64,000 nt of DNA from Eledone cirrhosa (GCA_964016885.1 OZ024743.1:175274001-175338000), one strand, 5' to 3'. Positions 50,041-63,517 are shown, counted from the stretch's first letter. Numbers and translations: made by a program. The notes: generated by a model not told the origin, from the letters alone.

Positions 50041-52277
50041 ATAAAATATTAAGCAAATAATGAATAAACAATTCCTTATATTAAACAAAAAAAGTTCATT
50101 ATTTAACGATCGTTTCTAGGGTATATATGTGTTATAATTGGTATGCATATTCAACAGATCTATGTACAAAATTATACAAAATTATACAAATTATCAAGAT
50201 TAAATATACATACCTAACACATATATACGCCGTCTTCAGAAATAATGAAGTATATTTATTGATAATAACAACAATTCAAAATATCAGTTCAAAATTGACC
50301 AATGAAAACACAAAGGGTTAAAAGCAGTTCGGTGTGTGTATATACATGTAAAATCCTTACACATATTTTACAATAATGTGTGTATAATTTGTATGCGCAT
50401 ACTAAAAAGATGGATGCAAACACAATTATAATCTTAATATTACTTTTGAAAAAACAAGTAAAGTAGTAAATTTCCTAGATATAACTTTAGATTTAGCTAC
50501 GGGTATATACCAACCTTACCATAAACCTAACCAAAACTTACATTACATACACTCACAATCTAATCACCCTAAATCTATCCTTAAAAACCTTGCATATAAT
50601 ATATCACTTAGAATTTCTAACCTTTCTTCTAACCAAGATGTATTTGATAAAAATGCGACCTTTTATAATGAAGCTCTAGATAGAAGTGGCCACAAAAATA
50701 GATTAGAGTATATACCTTCTACTAAAAATACTGAAAGCATACAGCATAATATTACCAACAAACACCAAATGAAAAGTACACACCTAAATGCCACCCACAA
50801 TATACCCCAAAATACTAAATCTTCTAATATAAAGTATAGTAACCCTCAAAAAACTACTCATCATACAACTATAATAAATACTAATAATAAAACTCCTAAT
50901 AAAAAAGATAAAACACCTAAATCTACAAATATAACTAAAAATAGTTGTGGTGAGATCATTAACATTAATCCTCCTAGTAAAAATCATGATACAACCTATA
51001 AAATAATAAAAATAATAAACAACATAGAAACCGTAATAGACGAGTTACTTGGTATAATGCTCCTTTTAATTTACAAGTTAAGGATAATATTGCTAAAAAA
51101 TTTTTTTATATCCTTGAGAAAAACTTCCCGCCAAACCACAAATACCATCAAATCTTAAATAGGTCTACAGTTAAATTCTCATACTCTACAACAAATAACA
51201 TAAAACAAAATATAAGTGCATATAATGCATATAAATGTAAGAAAACCATAAGTATACCACCAGTACATCAAATTAACAATAATATCTCCTCAAATACAGA
51301 ATTAACGAAAGGATGTAACTGTAGAAACAAAACAAACTGCCCATTAAAAGGGAATTGTCTTGTTAACAACATAGTCTATAAATGTAATGTTAAAACTAAA
51401 GATTCTATTTGCTCATATATAGGAGCTACCTCTAACAATTTTAAGACAAGGTTTAATACCCACAAACATAGTTTTAAAAATGCCGCACTGGCTAATACAA
51501 CATCTCTAGCAGAAAAAATCAATAGTTATAAAAATAAGAATATAAAATATGATTTGACCTGGAGTGTGCTCAAAAGAGCCACCCCTTATCAAAATAATAG
51601 AAAGGAATGTAGATTATGTTCCCAAGAACTATTTGAAATAATGAAGTCTAAGGATATCTTATTAAATAAACGACAGGAATTAATTATATCGTGTAATCAT
51701 AAACTAAAAAAAACATTTAAATATTATAAACCTAATTAATAACATTATTCTAGAAATTAATTTAATTTAAATGTTAGTTAACCTATAAATTTAATTTAAT
51801 TAATATTTTATTACAGATGAGAAAATATTATGTAATCATAAATTGTGAAAAACCTTTAAATATTACTAATATATACTTAGTAATTTAATTTATAGATTAA
51901 TTTTAATTTATTTAAACCTTTTATTATAATTCTTTTACAGATAAAATATAACAAAATAATATCATGTATCCAATGACGGAGAAAGAATTTTTAGTATTAT
52001 AGACCTAATTAATATACATTTTGGAAATATATTTATTATTTGGTTTTAGTTTTAATCAACCTAAAACTTTAATTTTAATTTGCTTAAAATTAGTATCCTT
52101 ATACAGACGAATTGCAGAATGTCATATAATCATAGAATGGGATGTGTTTTGGATATATACCTAGTTAATATATTCTGTGCAATTTTTTGAAAAAGATATG
52201 TATATGTATATGTATATGTATATGTGTGTGTTGTGTATGTGTATCTGTATGTATGTATATGTGTGTGTATATATGTA

Positions 52278-52316
<39 letters not shown>

Positions 52317-53440
52317 ATATGTATGTATATGTGTATGTGTATGTATATGTATATGTATGTGTATTAATTTTGATTTCTATTTGCATATAATTATATTATG
52401 CTATTGATGAAATACAATATCTGCTTTATGTATTGTATACCTAATTAACATATACTAATTAACGTATACTATTGAAATAAATATATAATTTTTAATTTAG
52501 TTAACATATAATTTATATGCTACTACCGATGTAATACTTTATTTTATTTTTATTTGGGTTTCTTTTCCCTATTACTAAATTTATCTCCTAATATTGATAC
52601 CATAACGTTATTAACTTTAATTTAGTTATAATGTAATTAATAATCTACTACTGTTTGACTTCAAAATTCTGCTTCAAATATTATAAACCTAACTAATTTA
52701 CACCTTAGAAATCAATATGTTGACTATCTTTGGTTTAGTTAACTTATGATTAATAGTATACTTATTTATTTTGAGCTGCATAGATTTCGTATTTCCTAGC
52801 ACTGAAAATATGTAAGAACATACATTGAATTAAGATACGGAAAATATTATATGTTTCTTGAAACATATATTTACTTTGATCCCCTTCTCCAAACCCCCCC
52901 TTTCCCCCATACTATTATCATCTGTATTTGTAAGCGTCTATGTATGAATATATATGTAGGTAGGTGTCTATATAGGTTTGGGTATTTATATCTAAATATA
53001 AAAATACATATATGAGCATGCAAATATGAATGTAAGATTGTGTGTGTATATATGATTGTACATACATATGTATGTATATATATGTATATATATGTATTAT
53101 ATATGTATGTGTATGTGAATGTGTTGTATGTATATGTGTATGTATGTGTATATATGTGTATGTATGTGTATGCTTGTATATATAGGAATATATATATGTG
53201 TGTATATGTATATATATGTATATGCGTGTATGTATGTATGTGTATGTGTGTTGTGTATATATATGTATGTCTCTCTATTTATACGTTTATCTTCGTATCT
53301 ATGTGATATATGTATGTGTGTGTGCACGTATGCATATGTATGTGTTTGTGTGTGTTTGTACGTGTGTGTGTATATATGTGTGTGTGCACACACTCACATA
53401 CACATATATATATATATATACGTGAGTGTGTATGTGTGTC

Positions 53441-53510
<70 letters not shown>

Positions 53511-53956
53511 GATATATATATATATATATATATGGGTGTCTATGTGTGAATATATGTCTTTATTCGTATGTGTGTATTTATGTATGTATATATTTATGTG
53601 TATGTATGTATGTGTATGTATGTATGTGTATATATATATATATATATATATGTATATGTATATATATATATATGTATATTATTCTTTATTATTATTGTAA
53701 TATAACTTATGTGTATATGTGTATAAGTGAGGTTGTGTATGTATATATAATATGTGTATATATAAGAGTAATGAAATATATATATATATATATATATATG
53801 TGCATGTCTGTTTTTTTTATGTGTATGTATATGTATATATATATGTATATATATATATATATGTATACGTGTGTGTATGTAGATATATATATATATATAT
53901 ATACATGTGGGTGTCTGTATGTGTATTTATGGTGGTATGAGTGTGTGGATATATAT

Positions 53957-54001
<45 letters not shown>

Positions 54002-54005
54002 TCTA

Positions 54006-54046
<41 letters not shown>

Positions 54047-54388
54047 ATATATATGTATGTGTATATATATGTGTGTGTATGTATATATATATGTGTATGT
54101 GTGTGTGTATATATATATATATCTCTATTAATGCGTGTGTGTATGTATATACATATGCCATTTTATTATTATTTTCATTTGTATGTCTGAGTTTGGTGAG
54201 GTTGTATTGTTTTTTATGTATATACACATATATGGAAGCGTATGTATTTATTTATATGAGTATAAGTAGGTGCATATGTATGTATGATTATATATCTAAT
54301 TCTGTGTATGAAGGTACATCTATATATATATATATATATATACGTGTGTATGTAAGTTGTGTGTGTATGTATCTTTATGTCTATGTGA

Positions 54389-54434
<46 letters not shown>

Positions 54435-54523
54435 CGATGTGCGTATATGTATGTACATGTATGTACATGTATGTGTGTATGTATGTGTATGTATATTTAG
54501 ATGTATGTGTATGAATATGTATA

Positions 54524-54578
<55 letters not shown>

Positions 54579-55599
54579 ATATGTATATATATATGGATAT
54601 ATATCTTTATTATCTATTTTTTATATATATGTGTATGTGTGTATGTGTTGCGCGTGTGTGTGTGTCTATATATATCTTTTTATATGTGTATGTGTATGTT
54701 CGTGTAAGTGTATGTGTGTCTATGACTGTATATGTATGTGTGTATGTGTGTATGCGTAAATATCTCTATGTGCGCGTACATGTATGTATGTGTATATATA
54801 TCCGTATGTGTATGTACATTATATTATATTTATTATATTTTATTGTTTTTATTTTTTTATTTTTCTTAATTTATAGATACATTTATATTAGGCAGTCTGC
54901 TCAGACAATGATATACTGACCCCTCCCCCCCCTCCCACCTAATTTCTGTATCTTGATCTTGAAATGTGTGTGCCAGTGTTTTATGTGAGTGACTTAATTT
55001 CTATGTGCTTATGATTTTATATCCACATATATAAATGTGAGTGGGGGAGTGTGTGTGTTTGTATGTTCGTGGTTATGTGTATATTTATGCATATACGCGC
55101 ATGTATGTGTGATTATGCTGATATGTGTGAGTATGAAAAAATATATTTATATGCTTGACTCCATAAGTATCAATGCGTATCTTATCAGCGCATTAAGCTT
55201 ACAGAGATATTAACCTTGAAATTTTGTGTTTGCATCCATCTTTTTAGTATGCGCATACAAATTATACACACATTATTGTAAAATATGTGTAAGGATTTTA
55301 CATGTATATACACACACCGAACTGCTTTTAACCCTTTGTGTTTTCATTGGTCAATTTTGAACTGATATTTTGAATTGTTGTTATTATCAATAAATATACT
55401 TCATTATTTCTGAAGACGGCGTATATATGTGTTAGGTATGTATATTTAATCTTGATAATTTGTATAATTTTGTATAATTTTGTACATAGATCTGTTGAAT
55501 ATGCATACCAATTATAACACATATATACCCTAGAAACGATCGTTAAATAATGAACTTTTTTTGTTTAATATAAGGAATTGTTTATTCATTATTTGCTTA

Positions 55600-55608
<9 letters not shown>
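50041..55608 (+). mobile_element. Penelope-like element, 5'-truncated, bounded by 385-bp inverted pseudo-LTRs (50041-50425 and 55224-55608)
   Basis: RT tail VNFLDITLDL..YHKPN..YIH..SNHP..RIS; CNCRNKTNCPLKGNC linker; IVYKC..YIGAT..FKTRF..H GIY-YIG; CRLC..LLNKR..CNH; ORF ends at 51739; inverted terminal copies appear identical. Confidence 0.88.
55400..55554 (+). ncRNA. type I hammerhead-like motif with 116-nt helix II domain (inverted copy at 50095-50249)
   Basis: ttcattattt-CTGAAGA-[116 nt with gtatatatgtgtta/taacacatatatac stem]-GAAA-cgatcg-TT-aaataatgaa. Confidence 0.6.
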
Positions 55609-55647
<39 letters not shown>

Positions 55648-55666
55648 CATACATACATACATACAT

Positions 55667-55701
<35 letters not shown>

Positions 55702-55707
55702 TAGATA

Positions 55708-55900
55708 GATGAGATTCTACAGACTAGAACTGTTTCATTCTTTAGAAATCATCACCAATATCTGATGATTTCTGATGATTTCTAAAGAATGAAACAGTTC
55801 TAGTCCTGTAGAATCTCATCTATATTAAAACTTTTATACTCTGCTATGTATTGAGTACCTTACTTACTGTGGTTACCTCCGATACAACCCGGAATAACTT
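55708..55900 (+). repeat. fold-back mini-element, probable Penelope pseudo-LTR remnant
   Basis: about 55-bp inverted arms; CTGATGA-tttctaaagaat-GAAA in the right arm; gtattgagtac motif, then (TA)n. Confidence 0.6.
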
Positions 55901-55901
55901 A

Positions 55902-55968
<67 letters not shown>

Positions 55969-56556
55969 GAATAATCGAGTATCGAAAAATCGGCGCACGA
56001 GTTCACAATAAACAAAATTCTATATGAGCGGCAGAGTGCTCCATAATTTAGATAAATCAGAGCTATAACTATCGTTAAAATACCGTCACACACAGAACAA
56101 GTCTATAATCAACCGCACGATCGAAAATTTGCGATCCGGAAGATTCGGGACACTCAGATAAAAAATCTCAATAAATCAATAAATTAAATGAATGTAAAAA
56201 GCATACCCGGACCCGCTAGGAAGATGTTAAATCTAGCTTCTTGGGTTTCTGTAAATCCTTAAACTGCTCTCTATCAGCTCACATAAAAATATATAAGACT
56301 TCTAGATATCAGCGGACAGGAAATTTACTTCTTCAACGAGCTTTGTCCAAACGAATGAAATGGCATAACCCAAGCTAAATACGCACATGGAATTCGGCAA
56401 GGGAGATAACCTCTACATCCGCGAAAACTATTCGGGAAAATGTGGAAATACACATATCGAATAAGAGTGCTCAATAGACATGTTAAAATAAACAGGAGCT
56501 ATTCATCATTTAATAGAATCGACAAAAAATGAACAATAAAATTAACTGGTCAATAG

Positions 56557-56598
<42 letters not shown>

Positions 56599-56640
56599 TT
56601 AAAAAAAATAGAGGTGTGACATACGAGTTGTGATATATTA

Positions 56641-56833
56641 GTAAAAAGGAAAAGAAAATGCTGACAAATTTTTCCCAGTGAAAAATAGTTTAATTAGGAA
56701 TAAGTACAAATTAGTAATAAGTATTGGTTAGTATTCAGTTTTAGTTTTAAGCTTTTACCGGTTGCGCATTTCTAATGCTTTTCAAAAATAATTTTGAGAT
56801 AGAGCGCTCATGATGTTTGTTCTAATCTGATTA
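56641..56833 (+). repeat. dispersed repeat of about 190 bp, second copy at 63578-63770
   Basis: gtaaaa(a)ggaaaagaaaatgctgacaaatt...ctaatctgattag occurs twice. Confidence 0.88.
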
Positions 56834-56892
56834 GATATTAATAAATGGAAACTATATTTATAAAACCATATTTATTTCATTATACATATTTC

Positions 56893-56959
<67 letters not shown>

Positions 56960-57008
56960 CATTTATAAATATATATTAAATATAATATAATATAATATTA
57001 CATATATA

Positions 57009-57093
57009 TTTCATCCTTACGGGGTCGATAAAATAAAGTACCAGTAATGTACTGAGTAATTGCTGGCCTTGTGCCTAAAATAGAAACAATTAT
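57009..57093 (+). mobile_element. tRNA-derived SINE, 3' fragment
   Basis: SINE 3' consensus. Confidence 0.85.
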
Positions 57094-57129
57094 ATATACA
57101 CACACACGCACATATATATATATATATAA

Positions 57130-57236
57130 GAAAATGTTTGACCTCGACGGCAGAGCTCAAGTCGTTTCGACGGGTATTTCTGTCCAGAAATAGCCGTCGA
57201 AACGGCTTGAGCTCCGCCCTCGGGGTCAAACATTTT
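57130..57236. repeat. fold-back palindrome with about 50-bp arms
   Basis: gaaaatgtttgacc...cgtttcgacgg / ccgtcgaaacg...ggtcaaacattttc; followed by gtattgagtac and (TA)n. Confidence 0.88.
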
Positions 57237-57317
57237 CCTATTACCCACTCTACTACCCTAAGTATTGAGTACTCTGGTACGTTATGGTCCATCTGGTTCC
57301 TTACCACACCTCCTTCG

Positions 57318-57403
<86 letters not shown>

Positions 57404-57553
57404 CTGTTAGAACACGAAAAGTGTGAAACAACAGAATGTTCACTTTTCGTGTTCTAACATATATGCCTAGCTTCTTCATAAATTTTTCGGGGATAGCCGT
57501 GGTGGTGGTGATCGTATGTCATTGGCTAATTTTCAACCAATCAGAGTAAGTGT

Positions 57554-57594
<41 letters not shown>

Positions 57595-58534
57595 TATATA
57601 TATATATTTATACTATTCCCCCTCTCTCTATATATATCTTACGCTTTCGCTTTACACTCCTCCCCTTCAATAACACATTTCCCCCTCTCTATATATCTCT
57701 TCCACTGTTACTTACGCCTGTTTCTCTCTATCTGTTCCGTCTCTATATATATCTCTCTTACTCTTTCGCTTTGCACTCCTCCCCTTCAATACCATCTCTC
57801 CCCCTCTCTATATATTTGTTACTCTATCGCTGCACGCTCCTCTCCTTCAATATATCAATTGCACACGCTTTACACTCCTTTATCCCCAGCGCCCCTATAT
57901 ATACACCCCCCCTCCCGCATCTATATTTTAATGTTCCGTTGCACCGTGAATATATGTGTCTATATATATATATATACATATATATTGTATATACACATTC
58001 ATGTATGTGTATACACACTCATGTATGTATATAGACTGGTTTTATGTGTGTATTGTAAATTTGTACTGTTAAAACACGAAACTAACATTCGATTGACACT
58101 TTGATTACCTGTACAGGCAATAGTTATTAGAATGCTGTTGAAGTGTGTATACATTTTTGGGGGACATCCTCTATATACACACATTATATATAATACAATA
58201 AACAGATAAATACACACATATATATATGAGCTTATTTAATTATAAATATTGTGAATTTTTAACTCAGTTCAATTATATATATAAATGGCTTCTACAGGAC
58301 TAGAACTGTTTCATTCGAAAGAAATCATCATAATATTGAGAGGGGGGACTAGATAAAATATTTCAAATCAAATGTGTATAAGTTATAAGTTAAAATGTAT
58401 AAATAGAGACGATAGTGGAGGTATATCTGTTTAGTGGAACAGTAGACGATAGAATTAAATACAGACGAGAATCTCCCTTTAATGAAACAGCAGACGATAG
58501 AATTAAGGCAATTTAAATTTTAAACATTTGCATT

Positions 58535-58586
58535 TTTGCCTTTCATCGTTACGGGGTCGATAAAATAAAGTACCAGTAATACACTG
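58535..58586 (+). mobile_element. tRNA-derived SINE, internal fragment
   Basis: tttgcctttcatc.ttacggggtcgataaaataaagtaccagtaat. Confidence 0.75.
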
Positions 58587-58742
58587 TCACTATAAGTAGA
58601 CGACTTTCAAATTGAATTGTTGGTTCCATTTCTTTAGTATTTTCAATTGTAGTTATCTACTTAAAAAGCGTTACACGGTTAGAGACATAATTGGTAAGTT
58701 ATATCTTCCCTATTAAACCATTGCATTATTTCGCCTACAATA

Positions 58743-58933
58743 TAGGCAAGGGCGGTGGATTGGCAGTATCGGTAGAGGGTCGGACGCCATGCTTTCCAGC
58801 ATAGTTACGTCCCTTTACCATCTGAGTTCAAATCCCGCCGAGGTTGACTTTGCCTTTCATCCTTACGGGGTCGATAAAATAAAGTACCAGTAATGCACTG
58901 GTAATTGCTGGCCTTGTGCCTAAAGTAGAAACA
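58743..58933 (+). mobile_element. tRNA-derived SINE, full length, 18-bp TSD attatttcgcctacaata
   Basis: box A and box B present; TSD at 58725-58742 and 58934-58951. Confidence 0.95.
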
Positions 58934-59203
58934 ATTATTTCGCCTACAATAGAACAAAAATGAAATGTTCTTTAAAGAAACAGGAATATAACTTTATAAA
59001 AAAAAAAAGTTGCATCCGCTTCTTTTATCATTGATAATTTTTTCGTTTTAATATTAATTGTTTTTTGTAGTTGTTTATATTAAAAATCTTACTGTAATAT
59101 TTACTTAAACGAAGGCAGACATCTAAACTTATAGATTAATCTTGAGCGAAGGACTAGATAAATCTCTCTCTCTCTCTCTCTCTCTCAACGAATAATGATA
59201 ACA

Positions 59204-59364
59204 TTTCAAGCAAAGAGTTTAATTAGGTAATGACTTACAAATTTGTTTCAGTATATCTTTAATATAATATTATTAACTAATTATTATAATTAGCGCTTCA
59301 GGCTTTGTCTATATACTGAAACAAATTTGTAAGTCATTACCTAATTAAACTCTTTGCTTGAAAT
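59204..59364. repeat. fold-back repeat with about 53-bp perfect arms
   Basis: tttcaagcaaagagtttaattaggtaatgacttacaaatttgtttcagtatat and its reverse complement. Confidence 0.9.
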
Positions 59365-59530
59365 TTTATCACTCTTCGTTTTGAATTTCTCCTAAGTATT
59401 CAATACTCTGTTGAGAAATACATTTTACATAAACAGTCTTTGTACCATTTATACGGTATTAATTACTTATATTTATATATATATATATATATATAGCGTA
59501 TGATTAGAACTGTGTTTATTATTAATATTT

Positions 59531-59713
59531 GGTGAATTGGCAGTATCGGTAGAGGGTTGGACGCCATGCTTTGACGCATAGAGTTACGGCCCATGCCATT
59601 CTGAGTTCAAATCCCGCCGAGGTTAACTTTGCCTTTCATCCTTATGGGGTCGATAAAATAAAGTACCAGTAATGTACTGGATAATTGCTGGCCTTGTGCC
59701 AAAAGTAGAAACA
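59531..59713 (+). mobile_element. tRNA-derived SINE, full length, 13-bp TSD attattaatattt
   Basis: box A and box B present; TSD at 59518-59530 and 59714-59726. Confidence 0.95.
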
Positions 59714-60349
59714 ATTATTAATATTTTAATGGATTTAATGAAAAATTTTAGGTGTTCATATATATATTCTAAAAATGCGCGAAATCGTGAATCCGCGATA
59801 GTTGAACCGCCAAGTAGCGAGGTATCACTGTATATATGTTTAAATATATAGTGTAGCTGTGATGTATCTCGCGAGTGAATCGAGACCTGTCACTGATTTT
59901 GGTGTCCCCACTGCCGATGTGAATGAGCAACGCTGCACTTGTGAATTGGGTCTTGATGTTGCAGGCAGTTCATATACTTACAATGATGCGGTCCCACAAG
60001 CTTGTTCACATTCCTGTGCTAATAATCTAGATGGGCGTATTAAATTGGATGTGAAAGCAGCTTACCGGATGCGGAATCGGGAGAAGTTGAGACAAAAACA
60101 GGCCGATTATAGAGCTGTGAATTTTGCTAAATTAACACAAAAACAGGCCAAGTATAGATGTTCAAAACGGTATGAGTTGGCAAACAAGCAGGCCAAGTAT
60201 AGATCTGCAAATTCAGCTATTATATCTCAAAAGCAAGCCGAGCGTAGAGCTTCTAAACGTACCGAGTTGGCTAAAGAGCAGACCAAGTACAGATCTGCAA
60301 ATATCTTATTGCACAAACAATAATTCTGCACAAATGTTGCTCCATTATT

Positions 60350-60524
60350 TTGGCAGTATTGGTAGAGGGTCGGATGCCATGCTTTCCAGCATAGTTACGT
60401 CCCTTTACGATCTGAGTTCAAATCCTGCCGAGGTTGACTTTGCCTTTCATCCTTACGGGGTAGATAAAATAAAGTACCAGTAATGCACTGGGTAATTGCT
60501 GGCCTTGTGCCTAAAGTAGAAACA
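60350..60524 (+). mobile_element. tRNA-derived SINE, near full length, attatt on both sides
   Basis: SINE consensus. Confidence 0.92.
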
Positions 60525-60714
60525 ATTATTAGATCTAATGTTGCAACGATACAGTTAAATGTTGTCTGTGTATTTTAAAAAAGATTTGCTTATAATCTTT
60601 TCAAATTTCATTACGCCAATGATTCAAGCTCAAATTGACATTATCTAAAAAATTGTACAAACAGCGGTGGATTAGCAGTAGTGAACAGATAAATCAGTCA
60701 ATTTATTAAGATTG

Positions 60715-61368
60715 ACTTGGCATCAATCAGCAAGACCTTCATTAGCTGCTCTCCAGCCATCTATTTAAAGCTGTATACATCTATGGTACGAATACACTTG
60801 GAGTTCGCGTCATCAGTCTGGAACCCCTATCTTGCTCAGAACATTGACCTCCTGGAAACTGTTCAGAGACATGCAACCAAGCGCATACCCTCCATCAGAC
60901 ACCTACCATACCCTGAATATTTTGCTTCCCTCTGGCAATGGACTTGGTAAACACCCACAAAGTTATTAACCATCCGACCAACAACAACCCCGAACACCTT
61001 TTTGATCTCCATGTGTTTAACACGTGGACATGCCTACAAAGTCAGAAAACAACACAGCTCCCATGACTTTAGGAAATATTTCTTCATGCTCAGAGTTGCT
61101 GAAGGATGGAACAAACTTCCTGCATCAGTTGTTAGCTGATGACACACTGCATCCTTTAAAACCATCATACATTCCGAAATACACCAAAACTACACCTGAT
61201 GTCCCCCTTCCATACACATGCACATATGTGTATATCATGACTCATGCACTGTTCTTTTTTCCTGACGTTTTTATATTACCCTATGTATTATATATGCACT
61301 TTTGATGAGTTGTAGTGCACCTCAGCATTGTACACAATATTTTCATTATTATTATCATTATTATTATT
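60715..61368 (+). mobile_element. CR1-clade LINE 3' fragment with (ATT)n tail
   Basis: KLYTSMVRIHLEFASSVWNPY..DLLETVQRHATKRIP..LPYPE, typical CR1/L2 ORF2 C-terminus; degenerate. Confidence 0.85.
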
Positions 61369-61836
61369 ACACTCATTGATCCATTTTCCACTAACTCTGC
61401 ATCAAGCACCCTCACCTAAATATTAACCAATCAAGGATCCAATACAGCTATCTGTTGGATGAGTATTGTATAGTGCCAAAAACGAAACCAATCAGTTTAG
61501 CAGAAAGTTTCCAGACAAGAAACACGCATATTTTGCTATCCTCAAACACGTTTACACATGGCATGAAATATAACTAATCCGAGATGGCTAGGTTTCATCT
61601 TCTAATTGGATATACGAAATCCATTATGTCTTGACAACAACATGAGGTAACATTATGTTATTCACAGACACACTTTGTACACTGTTCCATATCAGAATGT
61701 ATTTCCTTCGTCACATTCACAAACAGTATTGAAAATATGTTCTTCGGCAAATAAAAATGTTTTGTTCATAATATTTCAACTAGCGATTGCTCTACTCCAC
61801 GCACGACCACCATAAATTAATGACCAGCTCAACACA

Positions 61837-62009
61837 AGTATTGGTAGAGCGTCAGACACCATGCTTTGCAGTATTGTTATGGTCCTTTGCATTCTAAGTT
61901 CAAATCCTGCCGAGGTTAACTTCGACTTTCATACTTACTAATTCGATAAAATAAAGTACCAGTAATGGACTGCCGTAATGGATTTGTGCCGAAAAATAGA
62001 AACACTATT
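61837..62009 (+). mobile_element. tRNA-derived SINE, old diverged copy
   Basis: gttcaaatcctgccgagg...cgataaaataaagtaccagtaatg...tagaaaca. Confidence 0.8.
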
Positions 62010-62560
62010 AATGTGCAATAAGAGCAAAATATAACGACATTGCTCAATTATTTTATCTAATGTTGTAATAACACAAGGAAATGTTGTTTGTGTATTTTTT
62101 TTTATATTTGCTCATAGGCTTTTACAATTTCGCTCAGCCAACAAATATTAAAAAGTGAGTTGCTTAAGATAACAATTTAATCACAAATTGTTGCTATCTT
62201 TTAATACACTCCAACAAGTCATCAAATTATGTACAATAAAAACAAATCTTATTAATTTGCTCAGGGAATATAAAGAAAATGTATATACACTGATAATTGC
62301 AATTGTATGTAAATATTTTGTTTTTGTATTGTTTATTTTATGTTTTCTATTATGTATAATATATTGATTTAATATTGATTGTTTTTTGTAGTTGTTTATA
62401 TTAAAAGTCTGAAAATATTTTTATACATCTTACACTAATATTTATAAGATAATTTATAATAACAATTACATAATCTAATTACATTACAACGATAATTTAT
62501 TATTAATATATATCCTGTTTAACTAGAGTTATTAGAAGCGTTGCCTTAAAAAAATATTAA

Positions 62561-63517
62561 ACTAGACATGAAAAATGTGCAAGCTCAAAAGTGCCACAGA
62601 ATGTTATAATAAACCTTCAAAAGTGTGGGACTAGAGTTGTTGCTAAAAAATATTGTAATCATTATATATCGTACATTCTGTGGCATCCTTTATAAAAATA
62701 GCTTAAACCAACGAAGCCTTTATTTTTACGCTATTTCACTTAGTTAATTCTTAGAGTGTAACATATAAAAATAAATACATCTATGTTTAATGTAATAACA
62801 GCTATAAATAATTACGTAATATTATTATCATATACTCATAGTAACAAAATAATTGTGTTGAAAATTAATATGATGCTTATATGAACGATCAAATCTATAA
62901 TGATAATTTCTTAAATATACTAATAGTAAAATAATTTAGTTATCTATTGTTACATTTTCATAGAACTATAATATTAACAATCGTATTGCATTATCAAATT
63001 TTTATCACTACAAACTTTCATATTGTAATTACCTTAAGCCACCTATTATTACTTCGCTTTCGTACTTTTACAGCTGTAGATATTGCGCTGTATCTTATAT
63101 CTAATATCAATATCTCATGGTAATTTGCATGCAGTGTAAAATAGGTTTATTAATAACTTTAATATGAAATGTATTATACAGGGCTGCCGAATCGGCCAAA
63201 AATTGACTGGCTCCAACTCAGGATCCGATACTCCATTATTTCCTAAATTTCAGCTCCGCAGCTCTGTTATTATATTAATTAATTTATTTTATAGTTGTAA
63301 ATCATATTTTTATATGTTACACTCTAAGAATTAACTAAGTGAAATAGCGTAAAAATAAAGGCTTCGTTGGTTTAAGCTATTTTTATAAAGGATGCCACAG
63401 AATGTACGATATATAATGATTACAATATTTTTTAGCAACAACTCTAGTCCCACACTTTTGAAGGTTTATTATAACATTCTGTGGCACTTTTGAGCTTGCG
63501 CATTTTTCATGTCTAGT
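62561..63517. repeat. 213-bp near-perfect inverted repeats (62561-62773 and 63305-63517) around an AT-rich spacer
   Basis: direct comparison shows one visible mismatch; right end runs into (TA)n. Confidence 0.9.
63179..63266. mobile_element. putative hAT-type MITE, 88 bp
   Basis: TIRs cagggctgc / gcagctctg; 8-bp flanks gtattata / ttattata (7 of 8 identical). Confidence 0.5.

Noticed and set aside
51300-51739. Naiad-type selenoprotein PLE, suggested by the CxC linker
   Set aside because: The endonuclease is C-terminal to RT, and the Cys positions use TGT or TGC, not TGA.
58743-58933. tRNA gene
   Set aside because: A and B boxes are present, but it has a non-tRNA body, a tail, TSDs and many truncated copies, so it is a SINE.
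60715-61368. CR1-like LINE as partner of the SINE because both end in (ATT)n
   Set aside because: Its pre-tail sequence (gcacctcagcattgtacacaatattttc) shows no similarity to the SINE 3' end, unlike the Tx1 end.
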